A stretch of 64,000 nucleotides of DNA from a virus: the IMG/VR virus record IMGVR_UViG_3300028827_000100, positions 32,001 to 96,000 of that record. One strand, 5' to 3'. Positions 1 through 10,196 of the stretch are shown piece by piece (the stretch's first letter is position 1; each line of letters opens with the position of its first letter). The position numbers and the translations under genes are program-made. The notes beneath the pieces were generated by a model that searched no databases, was not told the origin of the DNA, and saw only the letters and a list, made by a program, of their open reading frames with translations.

Positions 1-82
1 GATTCTTCATGCAAAATTGTGTATGTCAGGTTGCCGGAAAAATTAAAGCCTGAAACAAAATTTGAATATGTAGTGGGGTGAC

Positions 83-445
83 ATGATGGAAAAAATAGCA
101 GTTGTAAAGAAGTGCAAGGAAAAAGACAGAAGAAATGCTGATGACGTGTGGTGTGTATACTCACACGACGAAAGCAGATTGCTTGGAAGGTACAAAACTA
201 AAAGCGAAGCAAATAAAAGACTTCAGCAGGTTGAATATTTCAAACAGAAAGGAAGGATTGAACCTGTACACAACGAGCTTGGCGACCTGTTTTATGCTCT
301 CGATTCACTTGCCACCATACTTGAAACAATAGACCTTGATGAAACAACAGTGCAAAGATACCCAAGTCAGATAGATGCGGCGACATGGCACTTGCTTGAA
401 GCGGGACGTATTCTGTACGGCATTATGCCGGAGAACGTATCTTGA
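83..445 (+). CDS. Putative head-associated protein with a small WCVxS...LGxYxTxxEAxKRLxQVEYFK-type domain
   Basis: ORF with GGGGTG SD. N-terminal EKIA followed by a short motif I recognise from phage head-associated proteins. Function unknown. Confidence 0.45.
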   Translation: MMEKIAVVKKCKEKDRRNADDVWCVYSHDESRLLGRYKTKSEANKRLQQVEYFKQKGRIEPVHNELGDLFYALDSLATILETIDLDETTVQRYPSQIDAATWHLLEAGRILYGIMPENVS

Positions 446-457
446 CGGGGGTGTGAA

Positions 458-1015
458 ATGTATGGAGTTGGACACTACAGCAATTATGAATATGAGGCAA
501 TAAGGCTTATACCCGGCGATGTTGTTCTTGCAAAGAAGCATGGGAATGTGGTGTCAGAAATTATAAGTGGATATAAAACTTCAAAATTTTCACACGTTAT
601 GCCGGTTCTCGACTCGAACAGACTTGTAAGTGCGGAGTGGCCGAGGGTTGTATTCAGAAGTATATACGACTTTTGCAACGAAGACTACAGAATAAAGATA
701 ATTAGACCGACTGTTGAATTGACACGTGAAGATGTCAGAAAGTGGTGTGCGGCTGGCGAAGAAGCTGTAAATAAAAAATATGATTTGTATTCATTCATAG
801 GTCACATACTGAATAAGGTTGGTTTTCAGAAGAACAGCATGTTCAACTGTGCGGAAGTGACGTTGAGGTGCTTCAACTCGATTAACAGATATGTAAGCAT
901 ACCTTTTGATTTTGTCAGCCCGCACACTTTTGAGGTGATGTCTTATACCAACGATTTTATTACGGTTTTCAGTGCCGATGTTATGTCGGCAAGTTTCAGA
1001 AAGATATTTGTTTAA
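458..1015 (+). CDS. Permuted papain-like NlpC/P60 hydrolase (YiiX/YebB-like)
   Basis: PGDVVL ... FSHV (His) ... KYD ... FNCAEV (Cys): the His-before-Cys order of the permuted family. Confidence 0.75.
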   Translation: MYGVGHYSNYEYEAIRLIPGDVVLAKKHGNVVSEIISGYKTSKFSHVMPVLDSNRLVSAEWPRVVFRSIYDFCNEDYRIKIIRPTVELTREDVRKWCAAGEEAVNKKYDLYSFIGHILNKVGFQKNSMFNCAEVTLRCFNSINRYVSIPFDFVSPHTFEVMSYTNDFITVFSADVMSASFRKIFV

Positions 1016-1026
1016 GGGGGTGTGGT

Positions 1027-1320
1027 ATGGACAGGTTGCTGAAATATATCCCTGCAACAATAATGATATTGAGTTCTGTTATAGGTGTTGTTATATACAT
1101 GGAAAACAACTATGCAAAAGCAGAGGATGTTCAGAGGGTGGAGCAAAGGCTCGACCAGAAAATACTTGAAGACAGATATTGGCAGATACAGAGCAGGATA
1201 TGGAGAATAGAGGACAGGCTCGAAAAGAGCAAAGACCCTGTTCTCAAAAAGGAATTGCGGGAACTTGAAGAAGAAAAAGAGATGATAAAGGGGAAACTTG
1301 ACAGGATAGGGAATGAGTGA
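1027..1320 (+). CDS. Small membrane protein, one N-terminal TM helix plus coiled coil (possible holin-like)
   Basis: Hydrophobic IPATIMILSSVIGVVIY followed by a charged heptad region. Confidence 0.5.
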   Translation: MDRLLKYIPATIMILSSVIGVVIYMENNYAKAEDVQRVEQRLDQKILEDRYWQIQSRIWRIEDRLEKSKDPVLKKELRELEEEKEMIKGKLDRIGNE

Positions 1321-1456
1321 ATGTTATTACAATCCACTCATAGCGGTAAAAATTGTAGATGGTATATGTTTCAGTTATATATCCACAATTGAGCTTTGTG
1401 ACAGATGTCCATACAAACCTATTGGAGGTGTGAATGTTCAGGGCAAAAGTCTTTAG
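1313..1456 (+). CDS. Small Cys-rich hypothetical protein, 47 aa (not in the ORF track)
   Basis: Hand translation MSECYYNPLIAVKIVDGICFSYISTIELCDRCPYKPIGGVNVQGKSL. It fills the 1321-1433 gap and overlaps both neighbours; AGGGA upstream. Confidence 0.5.
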   Translation: MSECYYNPLIAVKIVDGICFSYISTIELCDRCPYKPIGGVNVQGKSL

Positions 1457-1682
1457 GGGGCCGACAGAAGGTTTTTTATATACCGGGGATGAGCACACAA
1501 ACATTCCGCTACAGCATGGAAAAATTTTTGTTGGAAGTGTTGACAATCTTGCTGTTGGAGTTGTTGTAAGCGGCGATATAACAATAGACGATGCGGGCGT
1601 TTCAGCTTTTACACAGCAGGCCGAAGATAAAATAGGCCAGTATGCAGAAAACAACATTTTACCTTTGGTGGTGGCGTTATGA
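1434..1682 (+). CDS. Hypothetical protein, probably structural
   Basis: GGAGGTG SD; ATGA coupling to the next gene. Confidence 0.6.
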   Translation: MFRAKVFRGPTEGFLYTGDEHTNIPLQHGKIFVGSVDNLAVGVVVSGDITIDDAGVSAFTQQAEDKIGQYAENNILPLVVAL

Positions 1683-2632
1683 AATTTTTGGTTGGAGTTG
1701 ATATAGGGAATTATTCGTTTAATGTTGCAACAAAGACGATAACGTTCAGTAATCTCCCCGATCTTGTTTCGCAGGAACAGATACTTCTCGTTACCAACGT
1801 GAAGACCGGTACTGTGATTTATCAGTTCAATTCATATGATTTAGGTGGTACTTTTTCCGGTGGAGTTTTGACGTTGCGTACAGACCTTTCCGGGATGACT
1901 GATACAGACCCATTGCAGATATTTATTGAATATCCACACCCTATGAACGTGGAGAGTTTGCTTCGCAAAGGTGTGGCAGGTGGTGAACGTTCAAGATTTG
2001 ATACATCGCACGTATACAATCCAGAAACTTTCTTTCCACGCAATCATATGTTCAATATAAATACAAGAGAAATATTGAACAATACGCAACAGTATCCAAC
2101 TTTGCCGCTTGAATGGGTTGACCTGAATTGGATTACAGATTATCCAACTTCTGTAGTTGGAAACGGGAACAACAACGATTATCCGGACGGATTCAACGTT
2201 TTGTTTTATCACAATCCTACAATGACGAATGAAAGCGGATTTTATGTATATCCAAAACAGAACAGAACTCTGTATATTAAGGAAATTCACGTCATGTGCG
2301 AAGTTGCAAACAGAACAGATGTTAGCAAACCTATTGATAAAAATGGACAGGTAATGATATGGTCGCATTCTGGTTCTGAATATTGCAGAGCACGGACGAT
2401 AAGCGACCTCACCACAATAGCAGACTTTTCTTTTGTCAGGCCGTCATTGTTCAATCCGAATATGTGGACATACAAATACATAGTCAGGTCTGAACCGCCC
2501 GGCAGAATTGTAGGTGACAGCGGGGATTATTTTCAGATAAAGATGTCGGGTGATTCATTCCCGGACAACGACTACATGACAAGTTTGTATTTCTTTTTCA
2601 AGATGTGGGAACTTCACACGGACAAGGAGTAA
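1679..2632 (+). CDS. Virion structural/decoration protein
   Basis: N-terminal YSFNVATKTITF...ILLVTNV...VIYQF...LTL...DPLQIFIE domain typical of phage virion attachment modules; beta-rich C-terminus. Confidence 0.55.
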   Translation: MKFLVGVDIGNYSFNVATKTITFSNLPDLVSQEQILLVTNVKTGTVIYQFNSYDLGGTFSGGVLTLRTDLSGMTDTDPLQIFIEYPHPMNVESLLRKGVAGGERSRFDTSHVYNPETFFPRNHMFNINTREILNNTQQYPTLPLEWVDLNWITDYPTSVVGNGNNNDYPDGFNVLFYHNPTMTNESGFYVYPKQNRTLYIKEIHVMCEVANRTDVSKPIDKNGQVMIWSHSGSEYCRARTISDLTTIADFSFVRPSLFNPNMWTYKYIVRSEPPGRIVGDSGDYFQIKMSGDSFPDNDYMTSLYFFFKMWELHTDKE

Positions 2633-2643
2633 GGAGAGTACAA

Positions 2644-3609
2644 ATGATAGAGACTTCAACGTATGCTGAAATCAAGGAGATAATAATATCGAGGCATATT
2701 TACCCTGTTATAGTTGAGTATGAGAATTATGTTGTTATTATAGCGTCGGATGGAGTTGTTGATGCGAGATATAACATTCTAAAGAAATCCGCAGAGTTTG
2801 CGGATTTGATAGCAGACAACTGGAAAACGGTCAGAAGGTCTGTATTAAGTTCCGGCAACAGAGTTATAACAAACATAACAAGAGATACGAGAGAGCCTGT
2901 CTGTGGTCTTTCAGCCCAACCGCACCTCGACAAAACGATAACAAATGTCACGTTTGATTCTATTGAATTTACAACATCGCCGTTGGTGAATGAATCTTTA
3001 ACAGCGGCGGTTGCAGAAAATACATTCAGTATACCTGTTGGTTCTTCCGTAAACTTTACTGTTGGAATGAGAGTTGTTGTAGAAGAGGCTGGAAAGCAAT
3101 TGTCTATAGGTATAGTTGAAAGTATACCGGACGGTACTACTGTTAACATAGTTCCCGGAACTAAAGATGCGTATACAACATCTGCCTTGTTGAGGCAATG
3201 CGTGAAAGGCAGGCAGGTGTATGTCAATTATGGAAATTCGTTAAGTAAATTCAGGGTGACGGTGTGCACGCCTACAAGTATAACAGTTGACAACAGGGGT
3301 ATAGATTTGACTTCGGTAACACAGACAGGAAATACAATCAGATTTAACGAAGAAGAACTGAAACTTGGTTCGATAACTATGGGAGGGTTTAACGACGCTT
3401 CATATGTTCTCGATGTGGTTTCGCAGGAGTTTTATGGAGACCTGAACAGATATATAATTTTTGAGAACTGGGGAAAGAGCCTTCCACAGGTTCATGGCGA
3501 AGCGTCAGTTATTGGGGCAAATTACGGATATTTTCTTGGCAGTGCTTACGATTTCAAACAGAAAGTGCCGGAAATATCGATGAGTCTTCTTGGGGAAATC
3601 TGGAGTTAG
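2644..3609 (+). CDS. Virion structural protein (start moved to ATG 2644)
   Basis: AAGGAG SD before 2644; beta-rich; N-terminal domain resembles that of 3620..4363. Confidence 0.5.
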   Translation: MIETSTYAEIKEIIISRHIYPVIVEYENYVVIIASDGVVDARYNILKKSAEFADLIADNWKTVRRSVLSSGNRVITNITRDTREPVCGLSAQPHLDKTITNVTFDSIEFTTSPLVNESLTAAVAENTFSIPVGSSVNFTVGMRVVVEEAGKQLSIGIVESIPDGTTVNIVPGTKDAYTTSALLRQCVKGRQVYVNYGNSLSKFRVTVCTPTSITVDNRGIDLTSVTQTGNTIRFNEEELKLGSITMGGFNDASYVLDVVSQEFYGDLNRYIIFENWGKSLPQVHGEASVIGANYGYFLGSAYDFKQKVPEISMSLLGEIWS

Positions 3610-3619
3610 GAGGTAATTG

Positions 3620-4363
3620 ATGGCAGATGGAGAAATAGTATATCCAGTTGACTATACAACTTTATTGAAAAACAGGAGGCTGGCAAACGCTCCCCTGAAT
3701 TGTGTTGAATATGAAAAGACGGTTGAACTGCATGTTCCTACTGAATATGGAATATATGAAACAATACTGAAAAAGGACAGTGGGAATCAGGACTATCAGG
3801 ATTTTATCAATAACAGGAAGCAGTATTGCAACAGTCTCGAAGCAATAGCGTTGAGAGACCACAGGGTCGTGACGCACAATTTTGCAGACAGTTCGACGTG
3901 GATAAACGGAGCTGGAGACAGCACGTTTACAATCGCACCCGAAGATGGAAAAGTTTTTATAGTCACTTTCATGATGATAAGGTTTCCAAAGAAGCTGAAA
4001 CTCGAAAGCACCAACAGGTTGACATTCAAGGTGTGGCTGTCGCCCGATGGTATAAGTGCTCCAGTTCCAGTAATAAATCTTCAGTATGGTTCTTTGAAAG
4101 AATTGAGAAAGAAAAGCAACACACCAACATTTATACCCCCGGATATAGTTGAAGATATGGGGAGTGATAAAATGATAGAGATGATTTTTCACTATGCGGA
4201 CAACGATACACTGAAAGGGTCTCCAATAAGATTGCACAGCTCCCTGAATGAAAAGATAGAAATATATCTTGAAGCGCATCAGCCAGTAAAAGACATATCG
4301 GGTGGTTCGATAACGGATGACTGCATAGCAGTTGCAAACGGAAAGCAGGTAATAGAATTTTAG
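3620..4363 (+). CDS. Virion structural protein
   Basis: AGGAGG SD; N-domain resembles 2644..3609 and C-domain resembles 1679..2632. Confidence 0.5.
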   Translation: MADGEIVYPVDYTTLLKNRRLANAPLNCVEYEKTVELHVPTEYGIYETILKKDSGNQDYQDFINNRKQYCNSLEAIALRDHRVVTHNFADSSTWINGAGDSTFTIAPEDGKVFIVTFMMIRFPKKLKLESTNRLTFKVWLSPDGISAPVPVINLQYGSLKELRKKSNTPTFIPPDIVEDMGSDKMIEMIFHYADNDTLKGSPIRLHSSLNEKIEIYLEAHQPVKDISGGSITDDCIAVANGKQVIEF

Positions 4364-4372
4364 GAGGGTTGT

Positions 4373-4693
4373 ATGAGAAAGATGATAATGACCGGAGTTA
4401 GCGGTGGTCTTGAAAGACTGTCTCCGGGCGAAGAAGTGGCAATAAGGCCGAGAGAGCCATATACACTTTACAAGCTCACAAACATCGGCCACTCCGGCGA
4501 CGTCGAGATAATAACTACAAATGGAGATGTTGAAGTAAAGATGGATAAGGATGATGGTGAGGGTTCGTGGATAGGTTATCCGTTTTATTCAACAGAAAAC
4601 AGGTATTACAAAATCAGAAATGTTGACAGTGGAGATATAAACATTTCATACGAAATAGAAATATATCAGATAATAGACTACAGGACGACATAA
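4373..4693 (+). CDS. Hypothetical beta-rich protein
   Basis: AGGAGG SD, operonic. Confidence 0.55.
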   Translation: MRKMIMTGVSGGLERLSPGEEVAIRPREPYTLYKLTNIGHSGDVEIITTNGDVEVKMDKDDGEGSWIGYPFYSTENRYYKIRNVDSGDINISYEIEIYQIIDYRTT

Positions 4694-4703
4694 GGAGGTA
4701 AGG

Positions 4704-5003
4704 ATGCCACTTATTACACAGCATACGGAAACGATTACAACTGAAAAGAAAATAGTAATGACAATAGTTAATACGGAAGACAGAGCGGTTGAATATCATA
4801 TTAGAACGATAAAAAAAGATACAGCCGGCAATACCATAAGCACAAGCATGAGTGTTGTGCGGGTTGAAAGAGGTGATTTTGAAGACCTTGCGAAACAACT
4901 CCCGGTTGATGTCGATGGGAATCAATTGACAAACGCAAAGCCAATATACGACAACGTTGCAGACATATCGTACCGATGGTTGCAGGAGAGGGGATTGATA
5001 TGA
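4704..5003 (+). CDS. Hypothetical protein (possible fibre chaperone)
   Basis: AAGGAGG SD; sits in the fibre cluster. Confidence 0.5.
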   Translation: MPLITQHTETITTEKKIVMTIVNTEDRAVEYHIRTIKKDTAGNTISTSMSVVRVERGDFEDLAKQLPVDVDGNQLTNAKPIYDNVADISYRWLQERGLI

Positions 5004-5467
5004 AGTTTGTTATAAAAGCTGAAAATCATACTGTTGTTGCCACTCACAACGACAATCAGGAAATTGAAGATTTGTATCCGTTGTGTTACTTCCTTACTTT
5101 GCCGGACAGCACACCTGTGCCTGAAAACGGGATCTCCCCTTTGTTCGGCATGACTGTTGATGAAGCGAAGATAGTCAAAAAGGACGAGGTAAAGAGGGTT
5201 GCAAGAAGAAAAATACTGAAGATTATACCGGAGTGGAAGCAGGCAAACTACAACGCAAGGGCTTCCGAACTTATTGACAAGAAGGCGTCGGGTCAACAGT
5301 TGACACAGGATGAGCAAATAGAGCTTGACAGCATCAGGTCTGTTTGGGAAACCGTTAAGAATATAAGACTTGCTTCAGACTCCATAGAAATTGAAATAGA
5401 CAATCTTGTGGATATAAATGCAGTTGCAACCTATGACGTTGAAACAAATACTTTGTGGCCTGTATAG
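5000..5467 (+). CDS. Putative tail-fibre assembly/chaperone-like protein
   Basis: Start moved to ATG 5000 (ATGA overlap). PEWKQAN...W..V..IRLASD.IE..I motif; paralogous to 47602..48243. Confidence 0.55.
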   Translation: MKFVIKAENHTVVATHNDNQEIEDLYPLCYFLTLPDSTPVPENGISPLFGMTVDEAKIVKKDEVKRVARRKILKIIPEWKQANYNARASELIDKKASGQQLTQDEQIELDSIRSVWETVKNIRLASDSIEIEIDNLVDINAVATYDVETNTLWPV

Positions 5468-5476
5468 GAGGGCGAT

Positions 5477-6595
5477 ATGCCATCTGTTGGGAGTTTGACA
5501 GAACCTTTTTACAACAAAACATACAACGTCCCCGGTAGCACGATTGTGGACGAATCGAGCACTACCCTGTATCAGTTTCTTGAAGAGCTGGAAAGAACGA
5601 GGTTTGACAACAAGAACACAAACGACTACTATGATACATTTGTTGCCTCAATAAATGCTCCACGTTCAGAGTATCAGTTCAGGGATTCACTTCGCAATCT
5701 TGATAGTGTAAAAGTTGTGATAGACGGGAGTGCATCAACAGTACCTATCACCGGAAGTGTTCAAAGTGCGTCTGTCTTGAATGATGTATGGACTCTTACC
5801 ATCGGAAATGTTGCAAACGTATCTCTGGTTGCAGTTGATGACATTGTTGTTAAAGATGATTTTGTATATTATGGTATTTTGTCTGGATGCTGGAAGATAA
5901 CTTCAGTTGACACACAAAATTCGACTATTACAGTTGAGAAGTACAGCAAAAGAGATTTGAGTGGGGTTACTGGGTATACATTTAATGCCACTGTGTACCC
6001 TGTCGTATACAGGTTCAGTTCCAATTGGGCGTATATAGAGAATTGTTATATGGAATTTAGCAATATTTTATTCAGGGCCGGAACGACGTTTACAAAACTT
6101 TTGACGTATGGGTCAAAACTGAAATTCACCAACTGTGTATTTGACAATATAACTTTGACATGCCATGATACTTTTATATACGACAGTGGGTTTATGGCGT
6201 TTACACAGTATGGGGTTGAGTTTTACGATTGTAGAGTTTACAAAAACAATTATACGGATATAATTTCTTCTCACTATAGTGAGAACAATACAAATTTTAT
6301 TACAGCGGTAAATTCACACTTTAATTATTTAAGGGTTTTGTCAGATTCATTTGGGAACGGTATTGATGCGGTATCGAGTTCGTTTAATCTGTCAAGATTT
6401 TATATATATAACAATACAAACGGACTGAAACTTTCTTCTTCGTCTGTTATTGACGGTTACATTTTTGCGGGTGGGAATCAAACCGATATATATGCAGAGA
6501 ACAATTCCATGGTGAAAATTCCAATGAGTGGAGTTACCACGACTTCGCCTGCCATAGGCGTGGTTGGAAACAGGGAAGCCTTGATAACAACATAA
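5477..6595 (+). CDS. Tailspike/fibre-like protein with probable beta-helix C-terminus
   Basis: Repeating Asn/Gly/Ser-rich strands (FGNGIDAVSSS, NTNGLKLSSSS, NQTDIYAENNS). Confidence 0.55.
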   Translation: MPSVGSLTEPFYNKTYNVPGSTIVDESSTTLYQFLEELERTRFDNKNTNDYYDTFVASINAPRSEYQFRDSLRNLDSVKVVIDGSASTVPITGSVQSASVLNDVWTLTIGNVANVSLVAVDDIVVKDDFVYYGILSGCWKITSVDTQNSTITVEKYSKRDLSGVTGYTFNATVYPVVYRFSSNWAYIENCYMEFSNILFRAGTTFTKLLTYGSKLKFTNCVFDNITLTCHDTFIYDSGFMAFTQYGVEFYDCRVYKNNYTDIISSHYSENNTNFITAVNSHFNYLRVLSDSFGNGIDAVSSSFNLSRFYIYNNTNGLKLSSSSVIDGYIFAGGNQTDIYAENNSMVKIPMSGVTTTSPAIGVVGNREALITT

Positions 6596-6605
6596 GGGGT
6601 TTGGT

Positions 6606-8933
6606 ATGGCATATATTGGAAAATACAACATCAATGCAAACGTTGAATTGACTCTTGAAAATTTCAGTGGGCAGAGCCCGGATTCAACTCCACAGATCAG
6701 AATCAGCTCGATAGCAAAAAGCGGACAAAGGAGTGTTGTTTTAGACTGGTCTGATATGAGTGGGACTAATCCGTATACATATACATATATTCCGACTGTT
6801 GAAGCAAACTATCTTGCTGAATATAAAATCATTTTTTCCGGGAAGGTGTACGTATATGAAGACTCGTTTGTTGTGGAATCGTCTTTGGCCGGTTCTGAAA
6901 ACGACATAAGACATATTTATGTAGGATGGTTCAACAACGACAACAAAATATTTTACATGCCAAGAAAGCCCGATGGGTCACCGATAACAGATTCCGCTTT
7001 CGGGTCTCATGTCGTTGTCAAGGTATGGAGTGGTTCTTCTTGGATAACTTATGCCGATTACACAATAGTAAATGCAGGCTACCTTGCGGATGGTGGTGTG
7101 TGTTTTGGTATACTTTTTGGTGGTGAGTTTGTGAATAGATACGGTGGTAATCCCGGACAGACTTTGACTGTTATGGTTGAGTCAAGTGATTATGCTAACT
7201 ACCCAGTTATTCCAGTTATTTATGAAATAAAAAATGAATATAGTGAAAATGAAAAATACCTTCTCAATCTCTTGCTTGAGAAGGTAAACGGGATTTCAAA
7301 CGGAAGTTGTGAATATGCAGATGATTGGAGCAATCCATATGAAGTTGGAGTGTATTCATATGAGCACACAACTATAGACGATTCACGCAACGTTATAGCA
7401 ATGAACTACAGTCCAAAAGAGCTTGTGTGGGACAAAATAGAAAATGTCACATATTTCAGCGATCCAATAGGGCTTCCTTCGGCAAAAAAGGCAAGAAACA
7501 AATTGTGCAACATTTTGTATGATTCTATTTATGCTGTAAGGTGGTTCAGATATGGCATAATGATGCTTGTGGAATATGGTGGAATCTATAAATTGCTAAT
7601 GTCTTCTATAGGAAGTGCTGGAAAAACTTTGTCATTTATCAACGATGGGATTTTGGATTACGACATTTCAAACTTATATTCAGTTTTTTGGAATGACAGA
7701 CTTGGGAAAATGTATTTGCTGTTTAACAACAGCGGCAATGTAAGAATTATAGTGGTTGATGGAAATACTCTCATGTCGGCTGGGTATTGGGGTGAATCGC
7801 AGAATGTACCATATGAGGTAATAGATACCACCATACAGATTGCAGACTATACTTCTTATATATTTACACCACTTACAGGGGTGGCACGAAGTGCATTTGC
7901 AGTTGATTCAAGTGAGAATTTTGCCATAGTTGACTACAGCGGCGGCAAGGTTGATATATACAACTTGAGAACGAGCAATTCAACTCCACTGTATACCATA
8001 AATGAATTTTATGCGTCTGTGTCATTTGATGAGAATGACAGAATGTATCTTGGTTCATCTGTAGCTAATGGGTATCAGTCAAATTATCCTGTTGTTGACA
8101 TTTACGACAAAGCAATAAACGGAACGGTTGTAAGTCAGATAGTACAGTATACGGAGGGGCAGGATACATCATGGGATGTTATATGTCTTGAGGTGCGTGG
8201 TGGTGTATGCAAGTATTATGAAAGTGACTATGGCTATCTTTACACGTCTGTTGACAGAGGTTTCAGGAGAATACCTACTTTGAGTGATATAGATTCCAAA
8301 ACATCAAAGATGCAGTTTGACGCAAACAACTATATACTTTCTTCCAATCAAACGGGCGATGGAGTTGTGGGTTCTATAGTTGTTAGCATAAATGTTAAAC
8401 TCAATACTGGCGGTGTTCCGATTCCCGATGTTACGGTAACTGTAAAAAATTCAGATGGAAGCGTTGACCTTACAAGGGTTGTGACGGATACAAATGGTGT
8501 TGCAACTGTTGGTCTTGATGCCGGCGATTATCAGGTAGTATTGTCTAAAGCTGGATATGTATTTACTGTACCTGAAACAATAACTGTTGATGTAAATAAC
8601 AACTCTTTTGATTTATATGGTGATGAGCTTGTTATAAGTGTTCCAACTGCTGTTGATGCATGCACTGTATATGAATTTGGGTATACACAGGACGATCAGA
8701 CACCATTGCCGGAACTTGAAGGTATAGCAAAGATAGTATCGTTGCCGTATGATTACAACGGCAAACTCCACACGGGCAAACAGATGCGTGGTGAGTACGA
8801 CAGCAGTCAGGGTATTATATACTGGCAGATTGTGTATGGTGCTACTGTGGATTTCAGGATTCCAGACCTTGGTGTAAATGTTAGAAGGGTCATACCTTCT
8901 GTTGCTCAAGCAAGGTTGAGTGAGATAACGTAA
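6606..8933 (+). CDS. Large virion protein: Ig-like N-terminus, possible beta-propeller, carboxypeptidase-regulatory-like (prealbumin-fold) domain
   Basis: PIPDVTVTVKN...VTDTNGVATVGLDAGDYQVVLSKAGY motif; FAVDSSEN and SFDENDRMYLG propeller-like blades. Confidence 0.55.
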   Translation: MAYIGKYNINANVELTLENFSGQSPDSTPQIRISSIAKSGQRSVVLDWSDMSGTNPYTYTYIPTVEANYLAEYKIIFSGKVYVYEDSFVVESSLAGSENDIRHIYVGWFNNDNKIFYMPRKPDGSPITDSAFGSHVVVKVWSGSSWITYADYTIVNAGYLADGGVCFGILFGGEFVNRYGGNPGQTLTVMVESSDYANYPVIPVIYEIKNEYSENEKYLLNLLLEKVNGISNGSCEYADDWSNPYEVGVYSYEHTTIDDSRNVIAMNYSPKELVWDKIENVTYFSDPIGLPSAKKARNKLCNILYDSIYAVRWFRYGIMMLVEYGGIYKLLMSSIGSAGKTLSFINDGILDYDISNLYSVFWNDRLGKMYLLFNNSGNVRIIVVDGNTLMSAGYWGESQNVPYEVIDTTIQIADYTSYIFTPLTGVARSAFAVDSSENFAIVDYSGGKVDIYNLRTSNSTPLYTINEFYASVSFDENDRMYLGSSVANGYQSNYPVVDIYDKAINGTVVSQIVQYTEGQDTSWDVICLEVRGGVCKYYESDYGYLYTSVDRGFRRIPTLSDIDSKTSKMQFDANNYILSSNQTGDGVVGSIVVSINVKLNTGGVPIPDVTVTVKNSDGSVDLTRVVTDTNGVATVGLDAGDYQVVLSKAGYVFTVPETITVDVNNNSFDLYGDELVISVPTAVDACTVYEFGYTQDDQTPLPELEGIAKIVSLPYDYNGKLHTGKQMRGEYDSSQGIIYWQIVYGATVDFRIPDLGVNVRRVIPSVAQARLSEIT

Positions 8934-8948
8934 AGGGGGTGATGTTAG

Positions 8949-9347
8949 GTGGTGTTGTCAAAGTCTGAAATTATAGAGTTACTTGGTGGCAGGTACCTTT
9001 CGTTTATAGAGTGGCTGAACACGTCAACAGAGCCGGACGTTATTGCTGTCAGGGATTACTGGAATGCGAATGTAAGTTTTGACAGTGATAATCAAATAGT
9101 TTCTGAACTTGCGCAGGTAGTAAAGGATAAGTTTGGAGTTGATTTGTACGAAGAAGGAAAGTTGATATATGTGAAGAAAAACAAATACAGGGTGTCTGTA
9201 GGCAATGTTGAAAATATAACAGAGCTGATAAAGAAAGCGGCGATATATTCAACGGAGAGTGTTGGGTATGCAGGAAGGGATGATGAATATTATTACGTTG
9301 ATACGTATGGAGAGATAAACAGCAATTTGTTTGAACTTGTTGTTTAA
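8949..9347 (+). CDS. Hypothetical protein
   Basis: GTG start with GGGGGTG SD. Confidence 0.55.
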   Translation: MVLSKSEIIELLGGRYLSFIEWLNTSTEPDVIAVRDYWNANVSFDSDNQIVSELAQVVKDKFGVDLYEEGKLIYVKKNKYRVSVGNVENITELIKKAAIYSTESVGYAGRDDEYYYVDTYGEINSNLFELVV

Positions 9348-9371
9348 AAAAAGGAGTGGGAAAGGAGGCAG

Positions 9372-10196
9372 GTGATGGCAAAGGTTAGAAAAATTAAAAA
9401 GGTTTCGGGTCGGAAAAACAGGATTGGGAAAAAGGTTGACAGGAAGAAGGTCTACAGCCACAGAAACAGGGAGCAGAATCTTCCGGTTGTTTCGGATGTA
9501 TCAGAATTTTCCTTTCTTGATGACGGTCAGCACAGTTGTAGAATTTGCAGAACTCCAGCCGTGAGATTTTTCGTTGTTGAATGCATGGCAAGGGGTTTAT
9601 CTCTTTACAAAACGAGAGAACTTCTCAAAAAACATTTTAATTTTGGAATCACTCCAGCAACGATACGTGAGCATATTGAAAAGCATGATACACAGTACAC
9701 AAAGTGGTTCGGAATGGTTCAGTACAAATTTCCGACCGAAGAAGAAAGAAAGAGATACGAAGCGGCGTTTTTGAGTAGAGTGTCCATTGTAACAGAAATG
9801 TGGGACAAATACATGGTGATTTCAAAACTTTTTAGCATGGTGGTTGGTGATGCAAATAAGATAAATGAAAACGCCGTATTCAATGTTGATGATGTGGCAA
9901 AACTTTCCAACGTAATGAAGTCGTATCTGGAATCAATACTGAAACTCCAGAAGGAAAGGGATATATATGTAGAGGTTGCGAAGGTTGTGCTGTTTACAAT
10001 GGCTAACAACCTCGTTGACAGGTTGTCATCACTTGTAATGGATTTGCCGCAGGAAAGAAGGGATGCGATAGGCAAGGCAATTACGGAAGAGGTAAGGGCG
10101 GCGTTAGACCATGCAAAAAATCTTGGCAGGGAAAAAATAGAGAAGCTCATGGAGAAGGTGCAGGATGAATACAACAGGCTTGTCAAAAAGACATGA
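9372..10196 (+). CDS. terS: Probable terminase small subunit
   Basis: Directly upstream of TerL; basic N-terminus, CxxC...HxxxH flanking an HTH-like segment, helical C-terminus. Confidence 0.6.
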   Translation: MMAKVRKIKKVSGRKNRIGKKVDRKKVYSHRNREQNLPVVSDVSEFSFLDDGQHSCRICRTPAVRFFVVECMARGLSLYKTRELLKKHFNFGITPATIREHIEKHDTQYTKWFGMVQYKFPTEEERKRYEAAFLSRVSIVTEMWDKYMVISKLFSMVVGDANKINENAVFNVDDVAKLSNVMKSYLESILKLQKERDIYVEVAKVVLFTMANNLVDRLSSLVMDLPQERRDAIGKAITEEVRAALDHAKNLGREKIEKLMEKVQDEYNRLVKKT

